A DNA stretch of 64,000 bases from Vulcanimicrobiota bacterium (GCA_963695225.1 OY968762.1:2915521-2979520); one strand, 5' to 3'. Counted from the first letter of the stretch, positions 32,075 through 41,702 are shown. The notes: generated by a model not told the origin, from the sequence alone. A program made the numbers and translations.

Positions 32075-33124
32075 ATGAACAGCGGGAAACCCGAGCTCGA
32101 TAAGCGGAAGGCCTTCATCCTGGCAACCGTCGTGTACGAATACATCGCGACGGCTGAACCGGTTGGGTCGAACACGCTCACGCACAAGTATAACTTGGGC
32201 GTCAGTTCGGCGACGATCCGCAACGAGATGGCGGAGCTGGAGGCCGGCGGTTACCTCGTCCAGCCGCACACCTCCGCCGGACGCATCCCGTCGGATGCGG
32301 GGTACCGCACGTACGTCGACCGGCTGATGCGCCCCGAGACGCTCGCCCCGGACGAACTGCGCCGGATCCAAGAAGAGTTCCGCGCCGTCAGCCGCGAGCT
32401 CGATTCGGTCATCGAGCAGACGACCCGGCTCCTCGGGCAGCTTTCGCGCAACGTCGCCTTCATGGTCGCGCCGCGCCGCGAGAAGCAGGCGTTCCGCCAT
32501 CTCCAATTGATTTGGCTTTCGGACCGGACGGCGCTCGCGGTGATCGTGACCTCCCTCGGGGCTGCGACGCAACGCGTGCTCGAGCTGCCGTCCCCGGTAG
32601 GCGCCGACGATCTCACGCACCTCTCGAACCGGCTCAACGCGGAATTTGGCGGAAAGACGATGCGCGAGGTCGCCCAGGCCGATCTCGCCCGCACGTGCAT
32701 GGCGGCGAATCTTCCGCCGGAGCTGGGTCTCGCCGTGCAGGACGCGCTCCGCAGCGCCGCGGCGTCCGAAGAATCGCTCCTCGCCTCGAGCGGGACGCAG
32801 CACTTGGTCGACCAGCCGGAGTTCCAGGATCTCCGGAAGCTTCGCTCGATCTTGCGCATCATCGAGGAGCAGAAGACGCTCTACGATCTCGTCGCCGACT
32901 CCATTTCGAGCGAAGGGCCCGCGGTGAAGATCGGCCACGAGCTCGGCTCGGAGGAGATGATCGAATGCAGCGTCGTGACCGTCCCCTATAAGGTCGGCGG
33001 GGACGTCGTCGGGGTGCTTGCGATCCTCGGGCCGCGGCGGATGCCGTACGGCCGCCTCCTCGCGCTCGCAGCGGGCACGGCAAGCTCCTTGAACCGGCAC
33101 TTGGCCCAAAGCGAGACGCGCTAA
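32075..33124 (+). CDS. hrcA: heat-inducible transcription repressor
   Basis: YIATAEPVGS, SSATIRNEMAELE, QPHTSAGRIPSDAGYR, LGPRRMPY. Confidence 0.96.
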   Translation: MNSGKPELDKRKAFILATVVYEYIATAEPVGSNTLTHKYNLGVSSATIRNEMAELEAGGYLVQPHTSAGRIPSDAGYRTYVDRLMRPETLAPDELRRIQEEFRAVSRELDSVIEQTTRLLGQLSRNVAFMVAPRREKQAFRHLQLIWLSDRTALAVIVTSLGAATQRVLELPSPVGADDLTHLSNRLNAEFGGKTMREVAQADLARTCMAANLPPELGLAVQDALRSAAASEESLLASSGTQHLVDQPEFQDLRKLRSILRIIEEQKTLYDLVADSISSEGPAVKIGHELGSEEMIECSVVTVPYKVGGDVVGVLAILGPRRMPYGRLLALAAGTASSLNRHLAQSETR

Positions 33125-33126
33125 GC

Positions 33127-34254
33127 GTGGCGGCGGATTACTACGCGACCCTCGGCGTCGCGCGGGGCGCGACCGAGGCTGAGATCAAGACGGCGTATCG
33201 CACGCTCGCGCGGCGCCACCATCCAGACGTTTCCGAGGACAAGGCCGCCGCCGAGGCGCGCTTCAAGGAGATCAACGAAGCGTACGAAGTGCTCTCCGAT
33301 CCGCAGAAGCGCGAGATGTACGATCGCTACGGCAGCGCCCAGCCGGGCCCGGGTGGACCGGGAGGCCCCGGCGGCTTCGGCGGCTTCGGGCAGGGTGAAG
33401 GCTTCAGCGACCTCTTCGACGTGTTCTTCGGTGCGGCCAGGGGCGGGCCGGCCCAGCGCAGCGGCCCGGCGCGCGGCGCCGACTTGCGCTACGATCTGCA
33501 GATCACGCTCGAGGAAGCATTCCGCGGGCTCGACCGGGAGATCTCGTTCAATCATCTCGGGACCTGCGAAACGTGTCGCGGGAGCGGCGCGCGCCCCGGA
33601 TCGCTGATCGTCAGTTGCGACCGCTGCGGCGGAACCGGGACGATGCGCAGCGCGCGGCAGACGCCGCTCGGCCAATTCGTCACGCAGACGACCTGCACGA
33701 AGTGCAACGGCGAGGGGCAAGTCGTCCCGTCGCCGTGCGAGACGTGCCGCGGACGCGGGCGCATCGAGCGGCCCCGCACGCTGACCGTGAAGATTCCGCC
33801 GGGCGTCGACGACGGCAGCCGCATTCGCATCTCCGGCAACGGCGAGGCGGGTTCCCGCGGCGGCCCGGCCGGCGACCTGTACGTGTATCTCTCGATCGCG
33901 CCGCATCCGAGCTTCAAGCGCGAGGGCGCCGATATCTCGAGCGACGCCCCGATCTCGTTCCCGCAGGCCGTGCTCGGAGCGAAGATCCAGGTTCCCTCGT
34001 TGGACGGTCCGGTCGAATTGACGATCGGACCCGGGACGCAGAGCGGCTCCGTCTACCGTCTGCGCGGCCGCGGCATGCCGCACGTGCGGGGCACCGGGCG
34101 CGGCGACCAGCTCGTGACCGTGCACGTGGTCGTTCCGACGAAGCTCTCGCGCCGCGAGCGCGACCTGCTCGAAGAATTCGCGCGCGCCGGGGGCGACCGG
34201 ATCGACGAACGCTCGTTCTTCGACCGCTTCAAAGACGCGTTCAAGGCCGAGTAG
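33127..34254 (+). CDS. dnaJ: molecular chaperone DnaJ
   Basis: J domain with HPD, G/F region, four CxxCxGxG repeats. Confidence 0.96.
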   Translation: MAADYYATLGVARGATEAEIKTAYRTLARRHHPDVSEDKAAAEARFKEINEAYEVLSDPQKREMYDRYGSAQPGPGGPGGPGGFGGFGQGEGFSDLFDVFFGAARGGPAQRSGPARGADLRYDLQITLEEAFRGLDREISFNHLGTCETCRGSGARPGSLIVSCDRCGGTGTMRSARQTPLGQFVTQTTCTKCNGEGQVVPSPCETCRGRGRIERPRTLTVKIPPGVDDGSRIRISGNGEAGSRGGPAGDLYVYLSIAPHPSFKREGADISSDAPISFPQAVLGAKIQVPSLDGPVELTIGPGTQSGSVYRLRGRGMPHVRGTGRGDQLVTVHVVVPTKLSRRERDLLEEFARAGGDRIDERSFFDRFKDAFKAE

Positions 34255-34256
34255 GA

Positions 34257-34988
34257 GTGCGCGCCCCGCGCTTCTTCGTCGACGGCGTCTTTGCGCCCGG
34301 CGATACCGTCACGCTCTCCGGAGCGGACGCGCACAAGGCCGCGGACGTCTTGCGCTTGCGCGACGGTGATTCGATCGAGCTGATCGATTCCAGCGGAACC
34401 GCGTACGCCGCCACGCTCGAAGTGGAACGGACGCGCGTCGCGGCGACGCTGCGCGCGGCGCTGGCGCGCGCGGAAGCGGATGAGTGCACGCTCGTTCTCG
34501 CGCAGGGGATTCCGAAGGGACAGAAGATGGACTACGTCGTCGAGAAGGCGACGGAACTCGGCGTCGCCCGCATCGTTCCGCTGGTGACCGAACGGACGAT
34601 CGCCGACGCATCGGCCGCGAAGCTCGAGCGCTGGCGGCGCCTCGCGCGTGCGGCGGCGGCGCAGACGGGGCGCGCGCGCCCCACCGAGATCGAACCGCCG
34701 CTCGAATGGACGGCGCTGTGCGCGCGATTCCCCGCGTACGATTGCGTTCTCGTGCCGTGGGAACTCGCCGAACGCGTTCCGCTGCGCGAGCGTCTACCGG
34801 GGCTCGTTGCCGGTGCGCGATCGGTCCTGATCGCGATCGGGCCGGAAGGCGGATTCGCGCACCGCGAGGCCGAGTGCGCCGCCGCCGCCGGCGCGCGGCT
34901 CGTCTCGCTGGGAAAACGGATTTTGCGCACGGAGACGGCGGGGCTCGTGGTCTGCAGCGCGCTGCGCTACGCGCTCGGCGAATTGTGA
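34257..34988 (+). CDS. rsmE: 16S rRNA m3U1498 methyltransferase
   Basis: VLRL, EKATELGV, IGPEGGF, SLGKRILRTETA. Confidence 0.94.
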   Translation: MRAPRFFVDGVFAPGDTVTLSGADAHKAADVLRLRDGDSIELIDSSGTAYAATLEVERTRVAATLRAALARAEADECTLVLAQGIPKGQKMDYVVEKATELGVARIVPLVTERTIADASAAKLERWRRLARAAAAQTGRARPTEIEPPLEWTALCARFPAYDCVLVPWELAERVPLRERLPGLVAGARSVLIAIGPEGGFAHREAECAAAAGARLVSLGKRILRTETAGLVVCSALRYALGEL

Positions 34989-35083
34989 GCGAGAGCCCTG
35001 TGGATAAATGGTAGGTCTGCGCGGGCGTCGTATAGCCGTCGATTGAAGATGAGCATGCCCCGTAAGGAAGAGCCCGCCGCGCG

Positions 35084-35812
35084 ATGAAATTCTCGATCGT
35101 GATCCCGACGTACAACGAGGCGGGAGGGATCGAGCGTCTGATCTCGGCGCTTACCGACGAATTCAAAGCCTACGGACTCGACGGCGAGATCATCGTCGTC
35201 GACGACAACTCCCCCGACGGGACGGGCGCGATCGTCGACCGGATGGCGGAGCGGTATCCCGTGCGCTGCCTGCACCGTCCGGGGAAACTTGGCCTTTCAA
35301 GCGGCGTGATCGACGGCTGGCATTTCGCCCGCCCGGATTCGGAAGCGCTCGGCGCGATGGACGCGGATTTCAGTCACGACATCAAGATCGTGCCGCGGAT
35401 GGTCCAGGCGCTCGCCTCCGACGGCTACGGCCTCGCGATCGGCAGCCGGTACGTCCCCGGCGGCGGGATCTCGAACTGGCCCCTGAAGCGGAAGGTCACG
35501 TCCCTCGTCGCGATCGCGCTCGCTAAGCCGCTCACGCCGATCCGCGACATCACGAGCGGGTTCTTGCTCGTCCGGCGGGACGCACTCGAGGGCGTCGAAC
35601 TCGATCCGATCGGGTTCAAGATCGGCCTCGAGGTGATCGCGAAGGCCCATTACGGCCGGGCTCTGGAAGTGCCGTACGTCTTCACCGACAGGGTGGCGGG
35701 CGAGTCGAAGCTGAATCAGAATGAGATACTCAACTACCTGCGGCAACTGCGACGGATCTACGCGCTCAAGCTCGGCGGGGCGCTGCGGACCGGCGGAAAG
35801 GTCGTTCCCTGA
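35084..35812 (+). CDS. GT2 polyprenol-monophosphomannose synthase-like glycosyltransferase
   Basis: IVIPTYNE, VDDNSPDGT, MDADFSH, GSRYVPGG, R..GESKL. Confidence 0.9.
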   Translation: MKFSIVIPTYNEAGGIERLISALTDEFKAYGLDGEIIVVDDNSPDGTGAIVDRMAERYPVRCLHRPGKLGLSSGVIDGWHFARPDSEALGAMDADFSHDIKIVPRMVQALASDGYGLAIGSRYVPGGGISNWPLKRKVTSLVAIALAKPLTPIRDITSGFLLVRRDALEGVELDPIGFKIGLEVIAKAHYGRALEVPYVFTDRVAGESKLNQNEILNYLRQLRRIYALKLGGALRTGGKVVP

Positions 35813-36696
35813 TGCCGATGCCGGATTGGCTGAGGCTGCGGCGCAGCAAAGAGGGGCCCTCTCCCGACGCGAAGTTGTGGGAGAAGTGCCCGCGTTGTAA
35901 CGAGCTGCTCTATCGCAAGGACCTCGAGGCGAATCTCGGGGTCTGCATGCGCTGCGGCCACCACTTCCGGATGCACGCGCACGACCGCATCAGCACGATC
36001 GTGGACGGAGATTTCGTCGAGATCGGCGCGCACATTCTGCCGGGCGATCCGCTCGGTTGGGTCGATAAGCGATCGTATCCGCAGAAGCTCGCCTCGGACC
36101 GCGAGAAGTCGAACCTGAGCGAAGCCGTCGTAACGGGGTTCGGCACCATCGACGGTTACCCGGTCGCGCTCGGCGTGATGGATTTCAGCTTCCGCGGCGG
36201 CACGATGGGCGCCGTCGTCGGCGAACGCATCACGAACCTGCTCGAGGAGGCGACGCGCCGCCGGATTCCCTGCATCGTGTTCACGGCCAGCGGCGGAGCG
36301 CGCATGGAAGAGGGCATGCTGGCGCTGATGCAGATGGCGAAGACCACGCAGGCGGTGCAGCGCTTCATGGACGGCGGGAACCTGTTCCTGACGGTCCTGA
36401 CCGACCCGACGACCGGCGGGGTCTCGGCCTCGTTCGCGTTCGAGGCGGACGTGATCGTCGCGGAGGCGCATGCGGCGATCGGGTTCGCGGGCCGGCGCGT
36501 GATCGAGCAAACGATCCGCCAGAAGCTTCCGGATAATTTCCAGACGGCGGAGTTCCTGCTCGAGAAAGGGCACGTCGACATGGTCGTCGAGCGTTCCGCG
36601 ATGCGCGAGACGCTCTCGAAGATCTTGCGGTACACCGTCGACCGTCCGGGCATGGTGCGCGGCCTCTCGGCCGTTCCGGAGCTCGTGAACTCGTGA
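35812..36696 (+). CDS. accD: acetyl-CoA carboxylase carboxyltransferase beta
   Basis: CPRC..CMRC zinc ribbon, SGGARMEEG, PTTGGVSASF. Confidence 0.96.
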   Translation: MPMPDWLRLRRSKEGPSPDAKLWEKCPRCNELLYRKDLEANLGVCMRCGHHFRMHAHDRISTIVDGDFVEIGAHILPGDPLGWVDKRSYPQKLASDREKSNLSEAVVTGFGTIDGYPVALGVMDFSFRGGTMGAVVGERITNLLEEATRRRIPCIVFTASGGARMEEGMLALMQMAKTTQAVQRFMDGGNLFLTVLTDPTTGGVSASFAFEADVIVAEAHAAIGFAGRRVIEQTIRQKLPDNFQTAEFLLEKGHVDMVVERSAMRETLSKILRYTVDRPGMVRGLSAVPELVNS

Positions 36697-37673
36697 ACGT
36701 GATCGTCGAGCGCGAGAAGCGGCTGCTCGAGCTCGAGCAAAGGCTCGGCGATCTGCGCGGGCGCAGCGAGCGCAAGGGCGAGGTTCAAGCGAGCGAAATC
36801 GATTTGCTCGAACAGCGCTACGAGCAGCTCAAAGCGGACATCTTCGGGAACCTGACGCCGTGGGAGCGCGTGAACATGGCGCGCCACCCCAAGCGCCCGA
36901 TCGCGAGCGACTACATCGCGGAATTCGACGCGTTCGACGAGCTGCACGGCGACCGCCACTTCCGAGACGATCCGGCGCTCGTCGGGGGCTTCGCGCGCCT
37001 GCGCGGGCGGCGCGTGATGCTGATCGCGCAGCAAAAGGGCCGCGACACGAAAGAGAACATCCGGCGCAATTTCGGCATGGCCTCCCCCGAGGGGTACCGG
37101 AAGGCGAAGCGGTTGATCGATCTGGCCTCCCGCTTCGCGCTGCCGATCGTCACGCTCGTCGATACGGCGGGCGCCGACCCCGGGATCGGTTCCGAGGAGC
37201 GGGCGCAGGCCGAAGCGATCGCATCGTGCCTGGTCGCGCTCTCGAAGGCCCGAGTCCCGATCGTCGCGACGATCATCGGCGAAGGCGGGAGCGGCGGCGC
37301 GCTGGCGCTCGCGCTCGCGGATTGCGTGATCATGCCCGAGCATTCCGTCTACACCGTCGCCTCGCCCGAAGGGTGCGCGGCGATCCTGTGGGGCGACGCG
37401 GCCCGCGCGAACGAGGCGGCGGAGAACTTGCGCCTGACGAGCGAGGACCTCGCCGGTTTCGGCATCGTCGACCAGATCGTCAAAGAGCCGCTCGGCGGCG
37501 CGCACCGCGATGCGGCGGCGTTCGTCGTGCGCGTTCTCGACGCGATCGAGGCCGCGCTCGCCCGCCTGGAAAGCGTCTCGCCGGAGCAGTTGCGCGCCGA
37601 TCGCTACCGCAAGTACCGCCGGATCGGCGCATGGCAGATCGAGATCGAACGAAAGGTCTCGGCGCTTCAGTGA
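36693..37673 (+). CDS. accA: acetyl-CoA carboxylase carboxyltransferase alpha
   Basis: ARHPKRP, ELHGDR, PEGYRKA, GEGGSGGALA. Confidence 0.96.
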   Translation: MNVIVEREKRLLELEQRLGDLRGRSERKGEVQASEIDLLEQRYEQLKADIFGNLTPWERVNMARHPKRPIASDYIAEFDAFDELHGDRHFRDDPALVGGFARLRGRRVMLIAQQKGRDTKENIRRNFGMASPEGYRKAKRLIDLASRFALPIVTLVDTAGADPGIGSEERAQAEAIASCLVALSKARVPIVATIIGEGGSGGALALALADCVIMPEHSVYTVASPEGCAAILWGDAARANEAAENLRLTSEDLAGFGIVDQIVKEPLGGAHRDAAAFVVRVLDAIEAALARLESVSPEQLRADRYRKYRRIGAWQIEIERKVSALQ

Positions 37674-37975
37674 ATCACTTGCGCCGGGCCAGCCGGATCG
37701 GCATGGCGTGCGCGGCGCTCGCGGTGATCGCGTTCGTCGCCGTGCAGTTCGCGCGCGTGATCGGGCGCAATCTCTCGCTCGCGGCGGACCTTTCGCGCAC
37801 GCGCCTGCAGATCGCGCAATTGGAGGAACGCCGCAGCGAACAGTTGCGCGCGATCCGGCGCCTGCGCGACCCGGCCGGAGCGATTCCCGAGATCCACGAC
37901 AGGCTCCACATGGTCGGGCCGAACGAAACGTTGATTTTCGTGCGCGGCGTCCCGACGCCCGCTCCCACGCCCTGA
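37670..37975 (+). CDS. septum formation initiator (FtsB/DivIC-like)
   Basis: Single TM, coiled coil, ...IHDRLHMVGPNETLIFV; precedes an S1-like gene. Confidence 0.7.
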   Translation: MNHLRRASRIGMACAALAVIAFVAVQFARVIGRNLSLAADLSRTRLQIAQLEERRSEQLRAIRRLRDPAGAIPEIHDRLHMVGPNETLIFVRGVPTPAPTP

Positions 37976-37980
37976 GGTTC

Positions 37981-38454
37981 GTGCGCGGGATCGTCATCAG
38001 CGTGCATAACCTCGGGGCGACCGTGCGCCTCGAGGACGGGCGTTTGCTCGCGATTCCACTCGGCGACGTGCAGGCGCAACGCAACCGCTTGACCTCGAGC
38101 TTGCGGCGGCGGGAGCCGCTCGAATTCGAGGTCGCGTCCGCCCCCGGCGGGCACGCGATCGCGCGGTTGTCCGGGACGGAGCGGCCGCCGGCCGAGGCGC
38201 CCGCGCCGGCCGAGACGCGCGCGGCACGGACCCCGGTGCGGCACCCGGAGGCTCCGCCGGAGCGCGAGGAGCCGGTCGCACCGAGCGGCGTTCCCGATAT
38301 CGATGCGCCTGCCGGTTTCGAGGCGGCGATGTCGGCGTACCTTAAATCGCTCGAGGAACGCGAGGGAAGCGACGGCGCCTCCGCCGCGGAACGCCACGCG
38401 CTGCGCAAGAAAAAACGCGCTGCGTGGTTCGAGGCTCGACGCGGCCCGGCGTAG
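37981..38454 (+). CDS. S1-like RNA-binding protein (YabR/YugI-like, divergent)
   Basis: VRGIVISVHNLGATVRL N-terminus and FEAAMSAYLKSLEER C-terminal helix; follows divIC-like gene. Confidence 0.6.
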   Translation: MRGIVISVHNLGATVRLEDGRLLAIPLGDVQAQRNRLTSSLRRREPLEFEVASAPGGHAIARLSGTERPPAEAPAPAETRAARTPVRHPEAPPEREEPVAPSGVPDIDAPAGFEAAMSAYLKSLEEREGSDGASAAERHALRKKKRAAWFEARRGPA

Positions 38455-38466
38455 AAGGCGCCAGGT

Positions 38467-39348
38467 GTGAAGACCACGAGCGAGCGGCGGGTGGATCCGG
38501 TCAACGTTCCGGGATGCTTCGTTCGCATCCACGGCACGTACGATTCGTTGCGCACGGCCGAACAGCGCGTCGCCGATTTCATCCTCGGTCATGCCGAAGA
38601 ACTGATCTATTTGACCGTCACCGAGCTTGCGGAGCGGACGCAGACGAGCGAATCGACCGTCGTGCGGCTCTGCCAGAAGATCGGCTATCGCGGCTATCAA
38701 GAATTCAAGATCATGCTGGCGCGCGATCTCGTCGGCCCGACGGAGACCGTTTACGAAGAGATCGCGCCGGGCGACGACATCCCGACGCTCAAGGCGAAAG
38801 TTTTCCAAGCGAACGCGCAGGCGCTCAAGGACACGATCGAAGTCTTGGCCGACGACGAACTGCAGCGCGCCGTCGAGGCGATCGCGAAGGCACGCCGCGT
38901 CGAGGTCTACGGCATCGGCGGGAGCGCTCCGCTCGCGCTCGACGCGTATCACAAGTTCATGAAGCTCGGCATCTCGTGCATGTGGCTCAACGACAGCGAT
39001 TTGATGGCGATGTCGTCGTCGCTGTTGCAGCCGGGCGACGTCGCGCTCGGCATCAGCCACACGGGAGCGAGCCGCGACGTCGTCGACGCGATGGAAAACG
39101 CGCAGCGCGCGGGCGCGACGACGGTCTGCATAACGCATCGCGCGACGTCGCCGATCACGAAGGCTTCGAATATCAAGCTGTTCACCGCGGCGAAGGAAAC
39201 CGCATTCGGCAGCGACGCGATGTCGAGCCGGATCGCGCAGTTGACGATCATCGACACGCTGTACGCGGGCATCGCGAACGCGGATTACGACCGGGCGCTC
39301 TCGCTGATCCAAAAGACGCGCGAAGCTTCGGCCGGCAAGCGCTACTGA
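38467..39348 (+). CDS. MurR/RpiR family transcriptional regulator
   Basis: SESTVVRLCQKIGYRGYQEFK HTH; SIS domain GISHTG. Confidence 0.93.
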   Translation: MKTTSERRVDPVNVPGCFVRIHGTYDSLRTAEQRVADFILGHAEELIYLTVTELAERTQTSESTVVRLCQKIGYRGYQEFKIMLARDLVGPTETVYEEIAPGDDIPTLKAKVFQANAQALKDTIEVLADDELQRAVEAIAKARRVEVYGIGGSAPLALDAYHKFMKLGISCMWLNDSDLMAMSSSLLQPGDVALGISHTGASRDVVDAMENAQRAGATTVCITHRATSPITKASNIKLFTAAKETAFGSDAMSSRIAQLTIIDTLYAGIANADYDRALSLIQKTREASAGKRY

Positions 39349-39358
39349 CGCAGTTCGG

Positions 39359-40309
39359 GTGAGTTCCGTCGCGCGCCGTGCGTTGATCTCGCTCGGTACG
39401 AACACCGTGCGCTTGCTCGTCGTCGGCGGGAGCGGCGAGGCCGTCGAGCCGATCGTGCACTTGGCCGAGGGTACGCGCCTGGGCGAGGGGGTTCGCGAGA
39501 GCGGGCGGCTCGCGCCGCAAGCGGTCGCGCGGACGCTCTCGGTCGTCGCGCGTTACGCGGAGGTCGCGCGCGGGCATGGGGCGAGCCTCGCCGCGATCGC
39601 GACGAGCGCGCTTCGCCGGGCGGACGACGCCCCGGCATTCGCCGCGCAGTTCGAGGCGGCGGCCGGGGTTCCGTTGACGATCATCGACGGGCTCACGGAG
39701 GCGGCCGCGAGCTTCGCGGGCGCGACGTACGGGGCGCCGGCCGAGGGGCGCGTCGCCGTCCTCGACGTCGGGGGCGGGAGCACGGAATGCGCGGTCGGTG
39801 CGGCCGGCCGCCTGGAGGCCGCGGTATCGTGTGAAGTCGGCTCCGTCCGCGTCAGCGAGCTCTTCCCCGCGCTCACGGGCGGCGTGCAAGGCGCCGCGGC
39901 CGGGGCTGCGGCCGAGGAGGCTCGGGCGTACGCGCGGGGAGCGCTGCAGCCGCTCGGCACGCTCCCGCCGGCCTCCCTCGTGCGCGCCGTGGCCGGGACC
40001 CCGGCGACGCTCGCCGCGCTCGCAACCGGGAGCGACGTGGAGCACGTGCGGGGCTACCGCTTGACCCGCCGGACGGTCGAGGCGTTGGTCGTCCGCCTGC
40101 TCGACGCGCCGCTCGCGGAGCGCAAGGCGTTTCCGGGCATGATCCCGCAGCGGGCCGACATCTTGCCGGGGGGCGCGCTGATCGTCAGCGAGGCGCTGGC
40201 GCTGCTCGGATGCGAAGAAGCGGTCGTCGAGACGAACGATCTGCTGCTCGGGTACCTGCTGCATTCGACCGGGGCGGGTGCTGCCGGTATGAAGTCCGGA
40301 CCGGCATGA
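39359..40309 (+). CDS. short Ppx/GppA-family phosphatase (no HD domain)
   Basis: ISLGTNTVRL, ATSALRRA, DVGGGSTE, RADILPGG. Confidence 0.85.
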   Translation: MSSVARRALISLGTNTVRLLVVGGSGEAVEPIVHLAEGTRLGEGVRESGRLAPQAVARTLSVVARYAEVARGHGASLAAIATSALRRADDAPAFAAQFEAAAGVPLTIIDGLTEAAASFAGATYGAPAEGRVAVLDVGGGSTECAVGAAGRLEAAVSCEVGSVRVSELFPALTGGVQGAAAGAAAEEARAYARGALQPLGTLPPASLVRAVAGTPATLAALATGSDVEHVRGYRLTRRTVEALVVRLLDAPLAERKAFPGMIPQRADILPGGALIVSEALALLGCEEAVVETNDLLLGYLLHSTGAGAAGMKSGPA

Positions 40310-40326
40310 AGAATGGGCCGGTGCCC

Positions 40327-40626
40327 GGGATGATGGTGGAATCGGTAGACACAGCAGACTTGAAGAAACTCTGAGCCGCAGGCCCGGAAACGACCTGCGG
40401 GATGCGCTCAAATTCGGCGGACTCTTCAACGACAACGCCGAGCCAAGCCGCGCGCCCTTCGGAGAGCGCGGAAGGTGTAGAGACTGGACGGGCGCGGCCT
40501 ACGTGAACGGTCATAAGGTCAAGGCACAGTCCAGACCACAAACGCCTCGAAGCGGTCGCGAAAGCGGTAGTGGTAAGAAAATCTGCAGTCCGAAAGGGCG
40601 TCCGAGTTCGAGTCTCGGTCATCCCA
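40327..40626 (+). tRNA. tRNA-Leu(UAA), intron-containing (exons 40327-40361 and 40578-40626)
   Basis: Acceptor GGGATGA/TCATCCC; joined anticodon arm GCAGA-CTT|AAAA-TCTGC; long variable arm; T-loop GTTCGAGTC; CCA not encoded. Confidence 0.92.
40362..40577 (+). ncRNA. group I self-splicing intron (IC3-like), 216 nt
   Basis: Follows U34, ends in G; P CTCAAATTCGGCGG, Q AACGCCGAGCCAAG, R GGTGTAGAGACTGGACGGG, S AAGGCACAGTCCA; P2 CCGCAGG/CCTGCGG. Confidence 0.92.
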
Positions 40627-40744
40627 TTGAAAGAACCTTAATTTGATAGGATTTTTCGGGTAAGGCAAGCGTGCGAGGTGGCCATTCGGTGACCATAAGC
40701 CCGAAAACCCCGGGGCGCGGTGGCCATTTTAGTGGCAGAGCGGG

Positions 40745-41158
40745 TCAGGGTTCCGACCGCCCCAGGCGTTCGGTGATCGCCTCGACGGCCCGCGCCCCGG
40801 TCCCGGGCATGACATGAGCGTACGTCCCAAGTATGGTGGCTTTGGCATGGCCTAGCACCTCGGCGACGAGGTAGAGGCGGACGATCGAGCCGTAGCGCTG
40901 CTCGGTCTTCGCGCCGACTCGATTCGCCGTTGCGGCGAGCCATCCGGTGAAGAGATCAGCGCATCAGGTACGGCCGCCATCGGCGTATCCGCCTGTCTCG
41001 ACTTCGGCGAGCAGCGCACGGAGACGCCGCTCCGCGTCGCGCTTCGTGCCGTGCACGGCCTCGCGTCGCTGACGTCGCTTGCCGTCTGCGCTTCGTGGCA
41101 ACTCGACGCGCAGATACCACGAACCAGGTGCGTGGCCGTGTGCGACGTGGCCCTTCAC
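40745..41158 (-). pseudogene. tyrosine integrase pseudogene (nonsense codon plus large in-frame internal deletion)
   Basis: Arm-binding N-terminus (GSWYLRVE..DGKRRQ..GTKRDAERRL), TGA at 40964-40966, then in frame ...RYGSIVRLYL joined to VAEVLGHAKATILGTYAHVMPG (box II with catalytic Tyr). Confidence 0.88.
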
Positions 41159-41522
41159 TAGTCCCCTCCCGTTCGCTCGCCGGCGGCCACGTTAGGGTGG
41201 CCTGCAATGGTCGGCGGCGACGTTCGCCTGGGATGGAATCGATCTAGGGGCGCCCGTAGCCGTCGCTCGCGACCGCTCGCGCGACGTCTTCAGCGCGGTC
41301 CGCGGCCCCTTGCCGATCCGCGCCCGACCCGGAGCAGGGCGAGAGAGCAACCACCGCGCTCCCTCCTCACGAACCTCACCCTCGGGCGCGTACGCTACGC
41401 CGCTGGGCCGAACGCCCTAGGGCGGTCAAAGTCCCGGTCATGTCCTTGCAGATGCCCGCGCCGAATGCGTCGCGAGTCGAATGAGCGGTCCACGGGCGCT
41501 GGCTCTTCCGTTGTTGCATCCC

Positions 41523-41702
41523 TCATCTTTCTCGCTCGGAAAGAAGTCGCTCCAGGGCAGCAATTGGAACGAGAATACGGCGTCCGATTCGAATCGTCGG
41601 AATCTCACCGCGTCTGGCAGCCTCGTAGGCAAGGTTACGGCTGATCCCGAGCAGCCGCGCCGCTTCCGCGGTGGTGACAGTGAGTGTTGTGTGGTTTTGC
41701 AT
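41523..41702 (-). CDS. excisionase-family HTH protein
   Basis: TTAEAARLLGISRNLAYEAARRGEIPTIRIGRRILVP. Confidence 0.9.
   Translation of the reverse strand: MQNHTTLTVTTAEAARLLGISRNLAYEAARRGEIPTIRIGRRILVPIAALERLLSERER

Noticed and set aside
34981..34991. AATTGTGAGCG match to lac operator (vector contamination)
   Set aside because: Only a half-site, and it is formed by the last codons and stop of rsmE
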